A stretch of 64,000 bases of DNA from Chitinophagales bacterium (GCA_039810885.1 JBDHXV010000006.1:12455-76454); one strand, 5' to 3'; positions 8,965-18,152 are shown, numbered from the stretch's first letter. The notes: generated from the letters alone by a model not told the origin. Numbers and translations are program-made.

Positions 8965-8972
8965 TATTTTTG
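8965..8972 (+). promoter_or_regulatory. candidate Bacteroidota -7 promoter box (TATTTTTG matches TAnnTTTG)
   Basis: An exact match to the TAnnTTTG consensus lies about 100 nt upstream of the TPR gene start. TTG triplets occur about 27-35 nt further upstream. Confidence 0.3.
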
Positions 8973-9072
8973 TCGTTAAGCTGGATGAAATCTAACGGAT
9001 ACTGACTTTTTACCGTCAATTCCTAGCACGTTTTCATCGAAAAGCGAGTGTAATATAGAAAACCAAAACAAT

Positions 9073-11727
9073 TTGAAGCATAGCATAAGAAGCATTTTTA
9101 TTTTTCTGCTCATAGCCGGAAGCATGTGCTTTAACCCGTTCGATATACTTGCTCAATCAAGATATAGTCTAATCGGTAGAATATATCATAATACAGTACA
9201 TCGCTATAATGCCTATTACAACGCTAATAATAAAATGAAGGCAGGACAGCGGGGCATAAATAATTCACTTCAAGATGATTACTCTAAATTACTGCCTGTT
9301 GACAAAGGGGAACTAAGTAGCGGAAGTTCTATTCCCGATATTGACTCTATCATCACCCGATTGACGGTTGCCAATAGAATTCATTCAAAAAGCAAATGGG
9401 TAGATGATTGTAATTTGATGATAGGTAAAGCTTATTATATGAAGAAGGATTATGAAAGTGCTCTACAATCATTCCAATATATCGTTGGATCATATCGGCC
9501 GCCTAAAGGGAAACAACCGGTTACTGAACGGTCGCAAAAGGGAAAAAAATTGGAATATGAGGGTGTGAAAGTACCTTGGCTGCAACCCAAGCGTTCCCTT
9601 TTGGGCTCATTAAGACACCAGCCCGTAAAGGATGAAGCTATTTTGTGGTTAGTGAGTAGTTATATCAAACTAAAGAAATATTATGAGGCAGAAACCATTA
9701 TTAAAATGGCTGAAAAGAATTATGATTTTAGTTATAAATATCGCGCCTTATTAGAAGCTCGCTATGCGCAGATGTTGATAGATCAGGAGCGATACAAAGA
9801 TGCTATTCGCCCCTTAATACACGCCATAGCTATGACAAGAGATAAAGCAACGAAGAGGCGTTACGTCTATATTTTAGCACAACTTTATCAACTTACAGAT
9901 AACTCAGATAAATCCATTAAAACATTTAAAGAGGTGCTGTCCATGCAACCAGACTACAAAATGGATTTTAATGCACGCATCAATATTGCACGCTCCTTTA
10001 CCGGTAAAGGAAAAACATCGGTTAAGGAGGTGTTAGACATTTTGGAGAAGATGGCCAAAGATTCTAAGTACGAAGAATTTTTAGACCAGATTTATTACAC
10101 CATGGCTGAAGTTTATTTGACACAGAATGATAAGGATAAGGCTATGGATTATTTACAACTCTCTGTACAATCCAGTGTGAGCAACAACAATCAGAAAGGC
10201 TTGAGCTATTTGAAAATGGGTGAATTAGCCTTTACATCGCAACAATATAAGCCTGCTAAGTTTTACTACGACAGTACTCTGCAATTTATTTCAAAATCAT
10301 ACATTGAGTTAGATGCAGTCCAAAACAGAAGTAATATCCTCAACAATTTAGTGCAGCAGCTAACCATAATTCACGATGAAGATAGTGTAATTACGCTGGC
10401 GAACATGACTGAGAGCCAACGTAAATCTGCTTTACAAAAAGCATTAATTCAAATAGAAAAGCAAAAGCAACTGGAAAAGCAAAAGTTAACTCAACTCAAC
10501 AGAGTGAATACCGGTGGCGGAAATCAAACATTAAGCGGAGGTTCGTTCTACTTTTATAATCCGGTACAGCGCGCAAACGGCTATAATGACTTTATCAAAG
10601 ATTGGGGTAATCGTAAGCTCGAAGACAACTGGCGCAGGGCAAACAAATTATCCGTTATGAGCAGTGACCTGGATTCATCACAAAACAAACAAGAAGAAAA
10701 GCAACTTACCCTTGCTGATTTAGAAGCAGGATTACCTTTGACTCCTGAGAAGATGGAGAAATCCATACAACATCTTATGGGAGCATATTATGCTGCCGGT
10801 ACCATCTTTAAAGAAGATTTGCAAAATGATAAAAAAGCAATCGAATACTTTGAAAAGTTGAGCAACAAGTATCCGAAAAATGATTTTGAACCTCAAACGC
10901 TGTATCAACTTTATATTCTATACACACGAAAACCAGACGAGGCACAAGCTTTAGCAGCAAAGAATAAGCTAATAGCAGATTACCCGGATAATACATTCAC
11001 GAAACATCTGTTGAACCCGAATACACAGATACAACAAACAAATAAGACCGATGCAGGTGAGCGTTATTACAAATATGCCTTTCGCATGTATAATGAAAGT
11101 CAGTTTCCTAAAGTGATTATTGCGGCAGATTCTGCTGCTAAGGCTTTTAACAAATCGATTTATATGCCTAAGTTTGATTTGCTACGAGCATTTGCAATTG
11201 CACAAACTAAAGGCAAAGATTCGCTGAAAGCTGCACTCACTATGTTTTTGATAAAATATCCAAGCGGGGAAGAAAATCAAAAAGCTAAAGATATTTTAGC
11301 AATGATTGAAAAGAATTCAAAAAATGAGAAGCCTAAAGTAGTGAATGATGCACCATCAAAAAGCGATTATGAATATAAACCGAATGCATCTCAGTTTATT
11401 GTGGTTGTATTTGATGAAATTAAACCAAGTAATAAAGCCATAGCGGATTCTCTTATACTCTACAATGCCAAGATGCGCTCATCTGAAAGCCTGAAAGTAA
11501 ATACCATGCTGTTGGATGAAACTAGACAAATGGTATTGGTAAAACAATTTAAGAATAGCACTTTGGCTATGATGTATTACAACGAAATGCTTGCTAACGA
11601 AAATCTGTTTGACTCTGTTGAAACCACCTATCACACTTTTGTGATAGATGATAAAAACTTCAGCACATTTTTCAAGACTAAAAACCTTGATTTATACATG
11701 GCATTTTTTGATAGCAATTACAAATAA
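9073..11727 (+). CDS. tetratricopeptide-repeat protein, possibly the T9SS periplasmic protein PorW/SprE
   Basis: 884 aa with a TTG start that gives a signal peptide. TPR-like helices run throughout. The N-terminal pattern YHNTVHRYNAYYNAN...DDYSKLLPVDK resembles what I recall of SprE/PorW N-termini. The TPR call is solid, but the PorW/SprE assignment is tentative. Confidence 0.55.
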   Translation: MKHSIRSIFIFLLIAGSMCFNPFDILAQSRYSLIGRIYHNTVHRYNAYYNANNKMKAGQRGINNSLQDDYSKLLPVDKGELSSGSSIPDIDSIITRLTVANRIHSKSKWVDDCNLMIGKAYYMKKDYESALQSFQYIVGSYRPPKGKQPVTERSQKGKKLEYEGVKVPWLQPKRSLLGSLRHQPVKDEAILWLVSSYIKLKKYYEAETIIKMAEKNYDFSYKYRALLEARYAQMLIDQERYKDAIRPLIHAIAMTRDKATKRRYVYILAQLYQLTDNSDKSIKTFKEVLSMQPDYKMDFNARINIARSFTGKGKTSVKEVLDILEKMAKDSKYEEFLDQIYYTMAEVYLTQNDKDKAMDYLQLSVQSSVSNNNQKGLSYLKMGELAFTSQQYKPAKFYYDSTLQFISKSYIELDAVQNRSNILNNLVQQLTIIHDEDSVITLANMTESQRKSALQKALIQIEKQKQLEKQKLTQLNRVNTGGGNQTLSGGSFYFYNPVQRANGYNDFIKDWGNRKLEDNWRRANKLSVMSSDLDSSQNKQEEKQLTLADLEAGLPLTPEKMEKSIQHLMGAYYAAGTIFKEDLQNDKKAIEYFEKLSNKYPKNDFEPQTLYQLYILYTRKPDEAQALAAKNKLIADYPDNTFTKHLLNPNTQIQQTNKTDAGERYYKYAFRMYNESQFPKVIIAADSAAKAFNKSIYMPKFDLLRAFAIAQTKGKDSLKAALTMFLIKYPSGEENQKAKDILAMIEKNSKNEKPKVVNDAPSKSDYEYKPNASQFIVVVFDEIKPSNKAIADSLILYNAKMRSSESLKVNTMLLDETRQMVLVKQFKNSTLAMMYYNEMLANENLFDSVETTYHTFVIDDKNFSTFFKTKNLDLYMAFFDSNYK

Positions 11728-11730
11728 ACT

Positions 11731-13941
11731 ATGGCAAAGAATAAAGAGAAGGGCCGTTTTAAGATTTACATCATTATGCTATGGAGCATGACTGTGCTCT
11801 TCATTCTCGCAGTTGCAGGATTATTTGTATTAACAGCAGATGGATTGTTTGGTGATATGCCTTCATTCGAACAATTAGAGAATCCGAAAAGTCAACTTGC
11901 TACAGAAGTTTATTCATCTGAAGGGATATTATTAGGAAAATACTATTTCCAGAACAGAAGCATCGCTTCGTTTGAAGAGATTCCTCCACTATTAAAGAAC
12001 ACACTGCTCGCAACGGAAGATATACGCTTTTATGATCATAGCGGTATAGATTACAAAGGCACCTTGCGCGCCATCTTCTCAACCTTGATGGGTGATAAAG
12101 AAGGGGCCAGCACAATTACACAACAGTTAGCAAAAAACCTTTTTCCTAGGCCGAAAGAGAGAACCCTTGTCTCTACGCTAACTGCAAAATTGAAAGAATG
12201 GATTACATCGGTTAGGCTGGAGCGACATTACACCAAAGATGAAATCATCAACCTGTATTTGAACACGGTTGAATTCAGCGAAAATTCGTATGGTATTAAA
12301 TCGGCAGCACGTACCTACTTTAACAAAATACCGGATTCACTAAAAGTTGAAGAAGCAGCCCTGCTAATCGGTATGTTAAAAGGAAGCACGCTATATAATC
12401 CAAGACGTAATCCCGGGAAATCCTTGGCTCGACGCAATGTCGTGCTGGATCAAATGTCAAAATATAAGTTCTTAACACCACTGGTCGCTGATTCAATAAA
12501 GAACCTGCCGATAAAACTCAATTATATCAGCCCGGATCATAACGAGGGTTATGCAACCTATTTCCGAGAGTTTTTAAGGATGGACTTGCTTAAATGGAGT
12601 AAAGAGAACACTAAGGCTGATGGTACAAATTATAATATTTATACAGACGGCCTGAAAATATATACCACCATCAGCTACAAGATGCAGCGCTATGCCGAGA
12701 TAGCTGTTAATAAACACATGCGAGAATTGCAGGATCAGTTTTTCAAAAGTTATAAAACAAAACGACCGTGGGGAGATAATGATGACTTTATTGCAAACGC
12801 AATGAAACAGTGTGATCGTTACATACGAATGAAAAAACGTGGCGCACCCGAAGATTCAATTAACCTGGCTTTTAAAACACCAATAAGCATGACGGTATAT
12901 TCCTATAAAGGAGATTTAGATACCGTTATGTCTCCTTGGGATTCTATTAAATACTATAAAATGTTCTTGCATACCGGATTTATGGTTATGGATCCGCTCA
13001 GCGGTAATATTTTGGCATGGGTTGGTGGCATTAACCATAGGTATTTTCAATATGATCATGTGAATATTAGAGCAAAGCGTCAAGTAGGCTCAACCATAAA
13101 GCCTATACTCTATACACTAGCTATTGAGAACGGCTACTCTCCTTGTTATACGGTAGCCAATCAAAAAGTGGTCTTTGAAAACTTTAATAACTGGTCGCCG
13201 GATAATTCGGATAACAAGTACGGAGGAACACTTACCTTATTTCAGGGTCTTGCCGGTTCTGTAAATACGATAAGTGCCTATCTAATGAAGCAGCTCGGCC
13301 CACAGCCTATGATTAATCTTGCACAACGAATGGGCATTACCAGCAATATGGATCCTTATCCCTCCATCTGCTTAGGAACACCCGATATTTCCGTTTATGA
13401 AATGACAGGGGCATACAGCACATTCGTAAACCACGGCACCTATACCAAGCCGCAATACATTACTCGCATTACTGACAATCAGGGCACTTTGATACAAGAA
13501 TTTCAATCAAAGCAAGTTGAGGTAATAAATGAGTCGGTTGCTTATGTGATGTGTCGTATGTTACAGAACGTTGTAGATATTGGAACGGCACGGCGAATTC
13601 GCTTTAAGTATAATCTTAAAGGAGAACTTGGGGGTAAGACAGGTACTACACAGAGCAACACCGATGGTTGGTTTATGGGTATCACGCCTCAACTATGTGG
13701 AGGATGCTGGGTTGGAGGTGAAGACCGAATCATTCGATTTCGTTCGATGCAATTTGGGCAAGGCGCGGCTATGGCTTTGCCTATTTGGGCCTATTTTCTA
13801 CAATCCGTCTATGCGGATAAGAGCTTAGGAGTAACACCGGATGCGCATTTTCAGCCACCTATAGAAATGAATATTGAAATAGACTGTGCTAAGTATAATA
13901 AAGGAGGCACGACCAACAACCTCATCTTCGGCGAAGAATAA
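11731..13941 (+). CDS. mrcA: penicillin-binding protein 1A (bifunctional transglycosylase/transpeptidase)
   Basis: GT51 motifs are EDIRFYDHSGIDYKG and GASTITQQLAKN. Transpeptidase motifs are SxxK (GSTIKP), SVN and KTGTT. An N-terminal TM anchor is present. Confidence 0.93.
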   Translation: MAKNKEKGRFKIYIIMLWSMTVLFILAVAGLFVLTADGLFGDMPSFEQLENPKSQLATEVYSSEGILLGKYYFQNRSIASFEEIPPLLKNTLLATEDIRFYDHSGIDYKGTLRAIFSTLMGDKEGASTITQQLAKNLFPRPKERTLVSTLTAKLKEWITSVRLERHYTKDEIINLYLNTVEFSENSYGIKSAARTYFNKIPDSLKVEEAALLIGMLKGSTLYNPRRNPGKSLARRNVVLDQMSKYKFLTPLVADSIKNLPIKLNYISPDHNEGYATYFREFLRMDLLKWSKENTKADGTNYNIYTDGLKIYTTISYKMQRYAEIAVNKHMRELQDQFFKSYKTKRPWGDNDDFIANAMKQCDRYIRMKKRGAPEDSINLAFKTPISMTVYSYKGDLDTVMSPWDSIKYYKMFLHTGFMVMDPLSGNILAWVGGINHRYFQYDHVNIRAKRQVGSTIKPILYTLAIENGYSPCYTVANQKVVFENFNNWSPDNSDNKYGGTLTLFQGLAGSVNTISAYLMKQLGPQPMINLAQRMGITSNMDPYPSICLGTPDISVYEMTGAYSTFVNHGTYTKPQYITRITDNQGTLIQEFQSKQVEVINESVAYVMCRMLQNVVDIGTARRIRFKYNLKGELGGKTGTTQSNTDGWFMGITPQLCGGCWVGGEDRIIRFRSMQFGQGAAMALPIWAYFLQSVYADKSLGVTPDAHFQPPIEMNIEIDCAKYNKGGTTNNLIFGEE

Positions 13942-13995
13942 GGAGCTCATCTCAATAGGTATGCGATTTGTTTTAATTTTTGGATATTCAGTGTA
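13900..13995 (+). repeat. direct repeat copy 1 (last 42 nt of PBP1A CDS plus 54 nt downstream)
   Basis: Hand alignment with 14532..14627 shows the same 96-nt length and 7 mismatches. The two mismatches in the coding part (GGC/GGT, ACG/ACA) are synonymous. Confidence 0.9.
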
Positions 13996-14162
13996 AATGT
14001 ATAGAAGCGCGGCATGTTGTTGTAGGGATGGAGCTTTGAGAAAGCCAGCCTTGAGTGTGTAGGAGAGGTACCAAACGTGATGAGTGCTATGAAGTAAGGA
14101 GTTATTTCGGTTCAGAGGGGAGATGCATATTTGCTATAAACAGAGAGAATGCCCTACGTAAG

Positions 14163-14200
14163 TTTGGTTTATTAAATAATTTTAATGTTAACAAACCAAA
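14163..14200 (+). promoter_or_regulatory. stem-loop immediately upstream of the small ORF
   Basis: tttggtttattaa (14163-14175) pairs with ttaacaaaccaaa (14188-14200), giving a 13-bp stem with 1 mismatch and a 12-nt loop. It ends 16 nt before ATG 14217. The function is unknown. Confidence 0.3.
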
Positions 14201-14216
14201 AAAACAAATTTTAATT

Positions 14217-14522
14217 ATGCTTCCAGAAGAAGAACTGCAAAGAAGCGGTGAAACGATCTATGAGAGGAATATGACCTTCACTGTTGTGAACGGCATCCTG
14301 GTCTATTTCGAGAACAACAACGACCGTGACGTGCCCAAGATATTGGAACGCATACGCGGGGTGATTGAGTCGGAACAGATAAGGGTTCGCAACATGTACG
14401 AAATTCAATTCACAGGAATAGATGGACCCGAAAATCTTTTCGTATCCATCTTTGACAACAGAAACAAGTTCAAAGAACGTATGTTTCTCCGTCTATTTGC
14501 TGAAGAGCAGGAGCCAGGATAA
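14217..14522 (+). CDS. hypothetical protein (101 aa) carried on the repeat-bounded insertion
   Basis: This is the internal ATG of ORF 14055..14522, preceded by an A-rich leader. The product is MLPEEELQRSGETIYERNMTFTVVNGILVYFENNNDRDVPKILERIRG... I recognise no family. Its codon usage differs from neighbouring genes. Confidence 0.45.
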   Translation: MLPEEELQRSGETIYERNMTFTVVNGILVYFENNNDRDVPKILERIRGVIESEQIRVRNMYEIQFTGIDGPENLFVSIFDNRNKFKERMFLRLFAEEQEPG

Positions 14523-14531
14523 GTGCTTCAC

Positions 14532-14627
14532 AAAGGAGGTACAACCAACAACCTCATCTTCGGCGAAGAATAAGGAACTTACCACAATAGGTATGCGACT
14601 TGTTTTAATTTTTGGATATTCAGTGTA
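14532..14627 (+). repeat. direct repeat copy 2 (pseudo 3' end of PBP1A plus downstream sequence)
   Basis: It still encodes KGGTTNNLIFGEE-stop. It lies 632 bp downstream of copy 1 and ends 10 bp before the stop of the convergent dipeptidase gene. Confidence 0.9.
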
Positions 14628-14637
14628 TTCCTTGCGT

Positions 14638-16017
14638 TTATTTACTCATCTCAGCTAAATACTTATAAAAGTATGGTATGGTTTCAATGCCTTTGTAATA
14701 ATTAAATAATCCGTAATGCTCATTAGGCGAGTGTAGAGCATCACTATTTAGACCGAAGCCCATTAAAATTGTTTTTAATCCTAATATTTGCTCAAAGCTC
14801 GCAACAATGGGTATGCTGCCGCCTTCGTATGCCGGTATAGGCTTTTTACCAAATGTGGCTTCCATAGCTTTGCTTGCAGCGGCATAGGCAACACTGTTTG
14901 TTGGTGTAAGAGCTGCTTCGCCACCATGGTGCGGCGTTACGGTTACTTTAACAGATTTTGGAGCTATGCTTATGAAGTATTTGGTAAACAACTCGGTGAT
15001 TTTGTCTGATTTCTGATTGGGAACCAATCGCATACTTATTTTTGCAGATGCCTTAGAGGGCAAAACCGTCTTTGCTCCTTTTCCGGTATAGCCACCCCAG
15101 ATTCCGTTACAATCAAGTGTAGGTCTTATACTGGCTCGCTCCAAGGTGGTATATCCTTTTTCGCCTTCTACTTCGTTAATCTCTAATTCCTTCTTATAGT
15201 CTTCCAGATTAAAGGGAACCTTAGCCATTTCTGCACGTTCCTCGGCATTAAACTCACGCACATCATCATAAAATCCCGGAATAGTAATATGATTGTTTTC
15301 ATCTTTTAAGGAGGTAATCATTTTTGCCAGCGTATTGATTGGGTTTGCAACGGCACCGCCATATACTCCCGAATGTAAATCACGTACAGGACCTGTTACT
15401 TCAACCTCAAGATAACTTAAACCGCGTAAGCCAACGGTAATAGACGGGCAATCGTTAGCAACCATAGAAGTATCCGAAACAAGAACGACATCTGCCTTTA
15501 GTTTGTCTCTGTATTTTTCTAAAAATGAATTCAAATTGCTGCTGCCAACCTCTTCTTCGCCTTCAATCATAAATTTAACGTTACAGTCCAGATTGCCTGT
15601 TTGCATCATCACTTCAAACGCTTTAATGTGCATATACACTTGTCCTTTATCATCACATGAGCCACGGGCAAATACTGCTCCCTGTGGATGACGATTGGTT
15701 TTCTTTACGACCGGTTCAAAAGGAGGCGAGTCCCATAATTCATAAGGATCCGCAGGTTGTACATCATAGTGCCCATACACTAATATGGTAGGCTTTTGAG
15801 GATCGGTTATCTTTTCTCCATATACGACAGGGTATCCCGGCGTGGTAATAATTTCAACATTATCAGCACCGGCAACTTTCAACTTTTCTGCAGCGTAAGC
15901 AGCAGCGCGCAGCACATCTTTTTCAAATTTTGGATCGGCACTTACTGATGGAATGCGCAGCCAGTCTAATAACTCGCTTAGAAAACGATCTTTGTGTTGT
16001 TCTATGTAAGATTTCAT
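14638..16017 (-). CDS. M20 family dipeptidase (ArgE/DapE/CNDP-like metallohydrolase)
   Basis: 459 aa with YGHYDVQPADPYELWDSPPFEP, GSCDDKGQ and EGEEEVGS metal-ligand motifs, plus an inserted dimerisation domain. Confidence 0.88.
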   Translation of the reverse strand: MKSYIEQHKDRFLSELLDWLRIPSVSADPKFEKDVLRAAAYAAEKLKVAGADNVEIITTPGYPVVYGEKITDPQKPTILVYGHYDVQPADPYELWDSPPFEPVVKKTNRHPQGAVFARGSCDDKGQVYMHIKAFEVMMQTGNLDCNVKFMIEGEEEVGSSNLNSFLEKYRDKLKADVVLVSDTSMVANDCPSITVGLRGLSYLEVEVTGPVRDLHSGVYGGAVANPINTLAKMITSLKDENNHITIPGFYDDVREFNAEERAEMAKVPFNLEDYKKELEINEVEGEKGYTTLERASIRPTLDCNGIWGGYTGKGAKTVLPSKASAKISMRLVPNQKSDKITELFTKYFISIAPKSVKVTVTPHHGGEAALTPTNSVAYAAASKAMEATFGKKPIPAYEGGSIPIVASFEQILGLKTILMGFGLNSDALHSPNEHYGLFNYYKGIETIPYFYKYLAEMSK

Positions 16018-16069
16018 CTTTAGATAAAATTTAGGAACACAATAATAGTAAGGATTTGCCTAAAGTCGG

Positions 16070-17245
16070 TCAAGTCTCACGCAATACTTGCTCATAAACA
16101 TCCGTTGTCTGACGTATGATATGTTCAATGCTGAAAACCGTATCGGCTGTATTGCGAGCAGCCTTTTTAAGTTGTTCGAGAACAGCTTGATTTTGATAAG
16201 CATAAGTTAATTGTTCGGCAAGTGAGGTTGCCTTTTCAGTTTCAAACATCAGGCAATTATATTGATGGTGAACATATTCTTTAAAGAAAGGCAGATCGGA
16301 ACAGATTACAGCACTGCCGTAATGCAGCGCATTAACTAACACTCCGCTGGAAAAAATTTCTCGATAGGGCAGCACGACTAAATCTGCAGCAATAAAATAA
16401 TCCGGTTTTATTTCATTAGAATGATACTGTAAGTGAAGTGTTGTTTGAGAGGCTATTCCTGTTTGTTGAATTTGTTTTTTAAATTCATCAAATCCAACTT
16501 TCCACGGAATACCCGCAATTAGCAACCGCACATCTGCTTTTCCTTTCAATGATTGAGCAAATCCGTTAATGAGTATATCAAGCCCTTTAACCTTTTTGAT
16601 TTGACCAAAGAACATCACGATAAAATCATCTTGTGATAAACCTAATGCTTGGCGCGCCTCTCGTTTACTTCGCTTAGGATTGTAGTAAAGAGTGTCTTTA
16701 TCGGTTACCGGAATAACATGAATATTTGATTCAGGGGTATTCGGAAAATAGTTTAAGATTCTTTCTTTTGCATAAGTCGATAACACAATACTGTGTGGGT
16801 TCAGTTTTTCAAATCGTAAGTACTTTGACATAGAATGACTTTGACCGTATCGTACAAAATCCTCAACATCATGAACGGTTAACACTGTTCGTATTTTTTT
16901 TTTCTTTAGAAGATATTGATTTAAATATTCGCGGTTGGCAAAATGATAAATATGTAAGTGAGCTATATCTGTTTTTTGCTTTTGACAGTCAGTAACTGTT
17001 CTAAATGCCCCTTCTGCATATCGTAAGCCGCGAATTAATTGCGGAGCCTTACCATATATCTTTTTATAAAATTTCTTTACATCAAATAATGGCTTATGAA
17101 AAAAGTCAAAATTTGTTTCATCACATGTATAGAGCGTGGTGTAATATGCTGCTTGTTGAAGCCCGTTACATAGATTATATAGAAATAATTCGTTGCCGCG
17201 ATGGCCTCCCACCGGCTCTATCATGGCCACTTTACGTGGTTTCAT
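16070..17245 (-). CDS. glycosyltransferase family 4 (GT-B)
   Basis: 391 aa. The C-terminal half has the GT1/GT4 pattern (FFGQIKKVKGLDILI...LVVLPYREIFSSGVLVNALHYGSAVICSD). It is the last gene of the polysaccharide operon. Confidence 0.8.
   Translation of the reverse strand: MKPRKVAMIEPVGGHRGNELFLYNLCNGLQQAAYYTTLYTCDETNFDFFHKPLFDVKKFYKKIYGKAPQLIRGLRYAEGAFRTVTDCQKQKTDIAHLHIYHFANREYLNQYLLKKKKIRTVLTVHDVEDFVRYGQSHSMSKYLRFEKLNPHSIVLSTYAKERILNYFPNTPESNIHVIPVTDKDTLYYNPKRSKREARQALGLSQDDFIVMFFGQIKKVKGLDILINGFAQSLKGKADVRLLIAGIPWKVGFDEFKKQIQQTGIASQTTLHLQYHSNEIKPDYFIAADLVVLPYREIFSSGVLVNALHYGSAVICSDLPFFKEYVHHQYNCLMFETEKATSLAEQLTYAYQNQAVLEQLKKAARNTADTVFSIEHIIRQTTDVYEQVLRET
16894..16903 (-). repeat. poly(A)10 tract (T10 on + strand) inside the GT4 coding sequence
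   Basis: Counted directly: gta-tttttttttt-c on the plus strand. It encodes LLKKKKIRT on the minus strand. Confidence 0.9.
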
Positions 17246-18152
17246 ACCAGGCTTTTAAATTGAGCCCCGTTATTTCTTCGGTGCGTTTTAAGTCTTCAGT
17301 AAATAAGGAATGAAGCAAAGCTCTTGTTTGAGGTAAAGGATGCAACTCCGGTTTCTTAAAAAGGTAAGTTTTAATCTTACGACTGGGTCCTTCACCTAAT
17401 AGATTCTTTATTCCGCGACGAACAGGGTCTGAGGCATAGATTGAACGAATAAAATTATTCCGGGGCATTTCGGCACCATTAAAAATTTTGTGTCCATGTA
17501 ATTTCACTTGATCTATTTGTAAGAAATCACACACCTCATTGAAAAACTTTTGTGAGTCCTTCTTCAGATCATCATACAGCCCTATGAATAATTGAGATTT
17601 TTCAAAAACATCAATATAATTCTTAAGTTGCTTGTAATACAACCCCAGTTCAATATATTGTTGATAGTGTTGTGTGTTACGGCATCCATTAACACGCTTT
17701 TGTACAATGTCATCGAATGAATCATTAACGTAATTTAACTTGTAATCCATTAAATAATGACTCCATGCACGATCAAACGGATTTCGCAGCAATACGATTA
17801 TTTTAGCAGTCTGATTAAAGGTGTGAATATGACGTGCAGTACTCGGATAAAATAAATAGGATACACTGGCTTCACCTACCTCTTTTACAAAACCCGGCTG
17901 CTCCGTAGTAAAAAGATTAAGATAGGACTGTTCATCACCGACAGAATCATCCTTGTAATATAGATTTTGATTTTTTAACTCAGAGTAAGAAAAATAATTA
18001 GGCTCCTTGAGGTGACTCATTAATACCTGCGGATGCTCGTCTAAATAAGAATAGAGCGAAGTTGTTCCTGCTTTAGGAGCACCTATAATAAAGAAAGTAG
18101 GGCGTAGCTTCTGCAAATTTTTAGTTATAGAGGTACTTGTAAATATCCGCAA
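17232..18152 (-). CDS. PAPS-dependent sulfotransferase domain protein (copy 1)
   Basis: It has a 5'-PSB-like loop FFIIGAPKAGTTSLYSYL and a 3'-PB-like motif LLRNPFDRAWSHY. The 306-aa protein has no TM segment. Confidence 0.8.
   Translation of the reverse strand: MRIFTSTSITKNLQKLRPTFFIIGAPKAGTTSLYSYLDEHPQVLMSHLKEPNYFSYSELKNQNLYYKDDSVGDEQSYLNLFTTEQPGFVKEVGEASVSYLFYPSTARHIHTFNQTAKIIVLLRNPFDRAWSHYLMDYKLNYVNDSFDDIVQKRVNGCRNTQHYQQYIELGLYYKQLKNYIDVFEKSQLFIGLYDDLKKDSQKFFNEVCDFLQIDQVKLHGHKIFNGAEMPRNNFIRSIYASDPVRRGIKNLLGEGPSRKIKTYLFKKPELHPLPQTRALLHSLFTEDLKRTEEITGLNLKAWYETT

Noticed and set aside
9073-9075. Frequent non-ATG starts (TTG at 9073, 41312, 44905, 55626; GTG at 1764, 24178, 48477) as a sign of recoding
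   Set aside because: In each case the alternative start restores a family-typical N-terminus or a signal peptide. All genes read through with the standard code, so ordinary alternative initiation is the simpler explanation.
14024-14160. Possible structured ncRNA (retron- or riboswitch-like) in the purine-rich part of the insertion
   Set aside because: The only long-range pairing I could find is a 6-bp gtaggg/ccctac match. There is no reverse transcriptase or known riboswitch core. This cannot be supported without a covariance-model scan.
14055-14216. GTG-initiated 155-aa version of the insertion ORF
   Set aside because: The upstream 54 codons are Arg/Cys/Gly-rich with no coding-like pattern and span the hairpin. 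The ATG at 14217 has an A-rich leader like other genes here. It is still uncertain.
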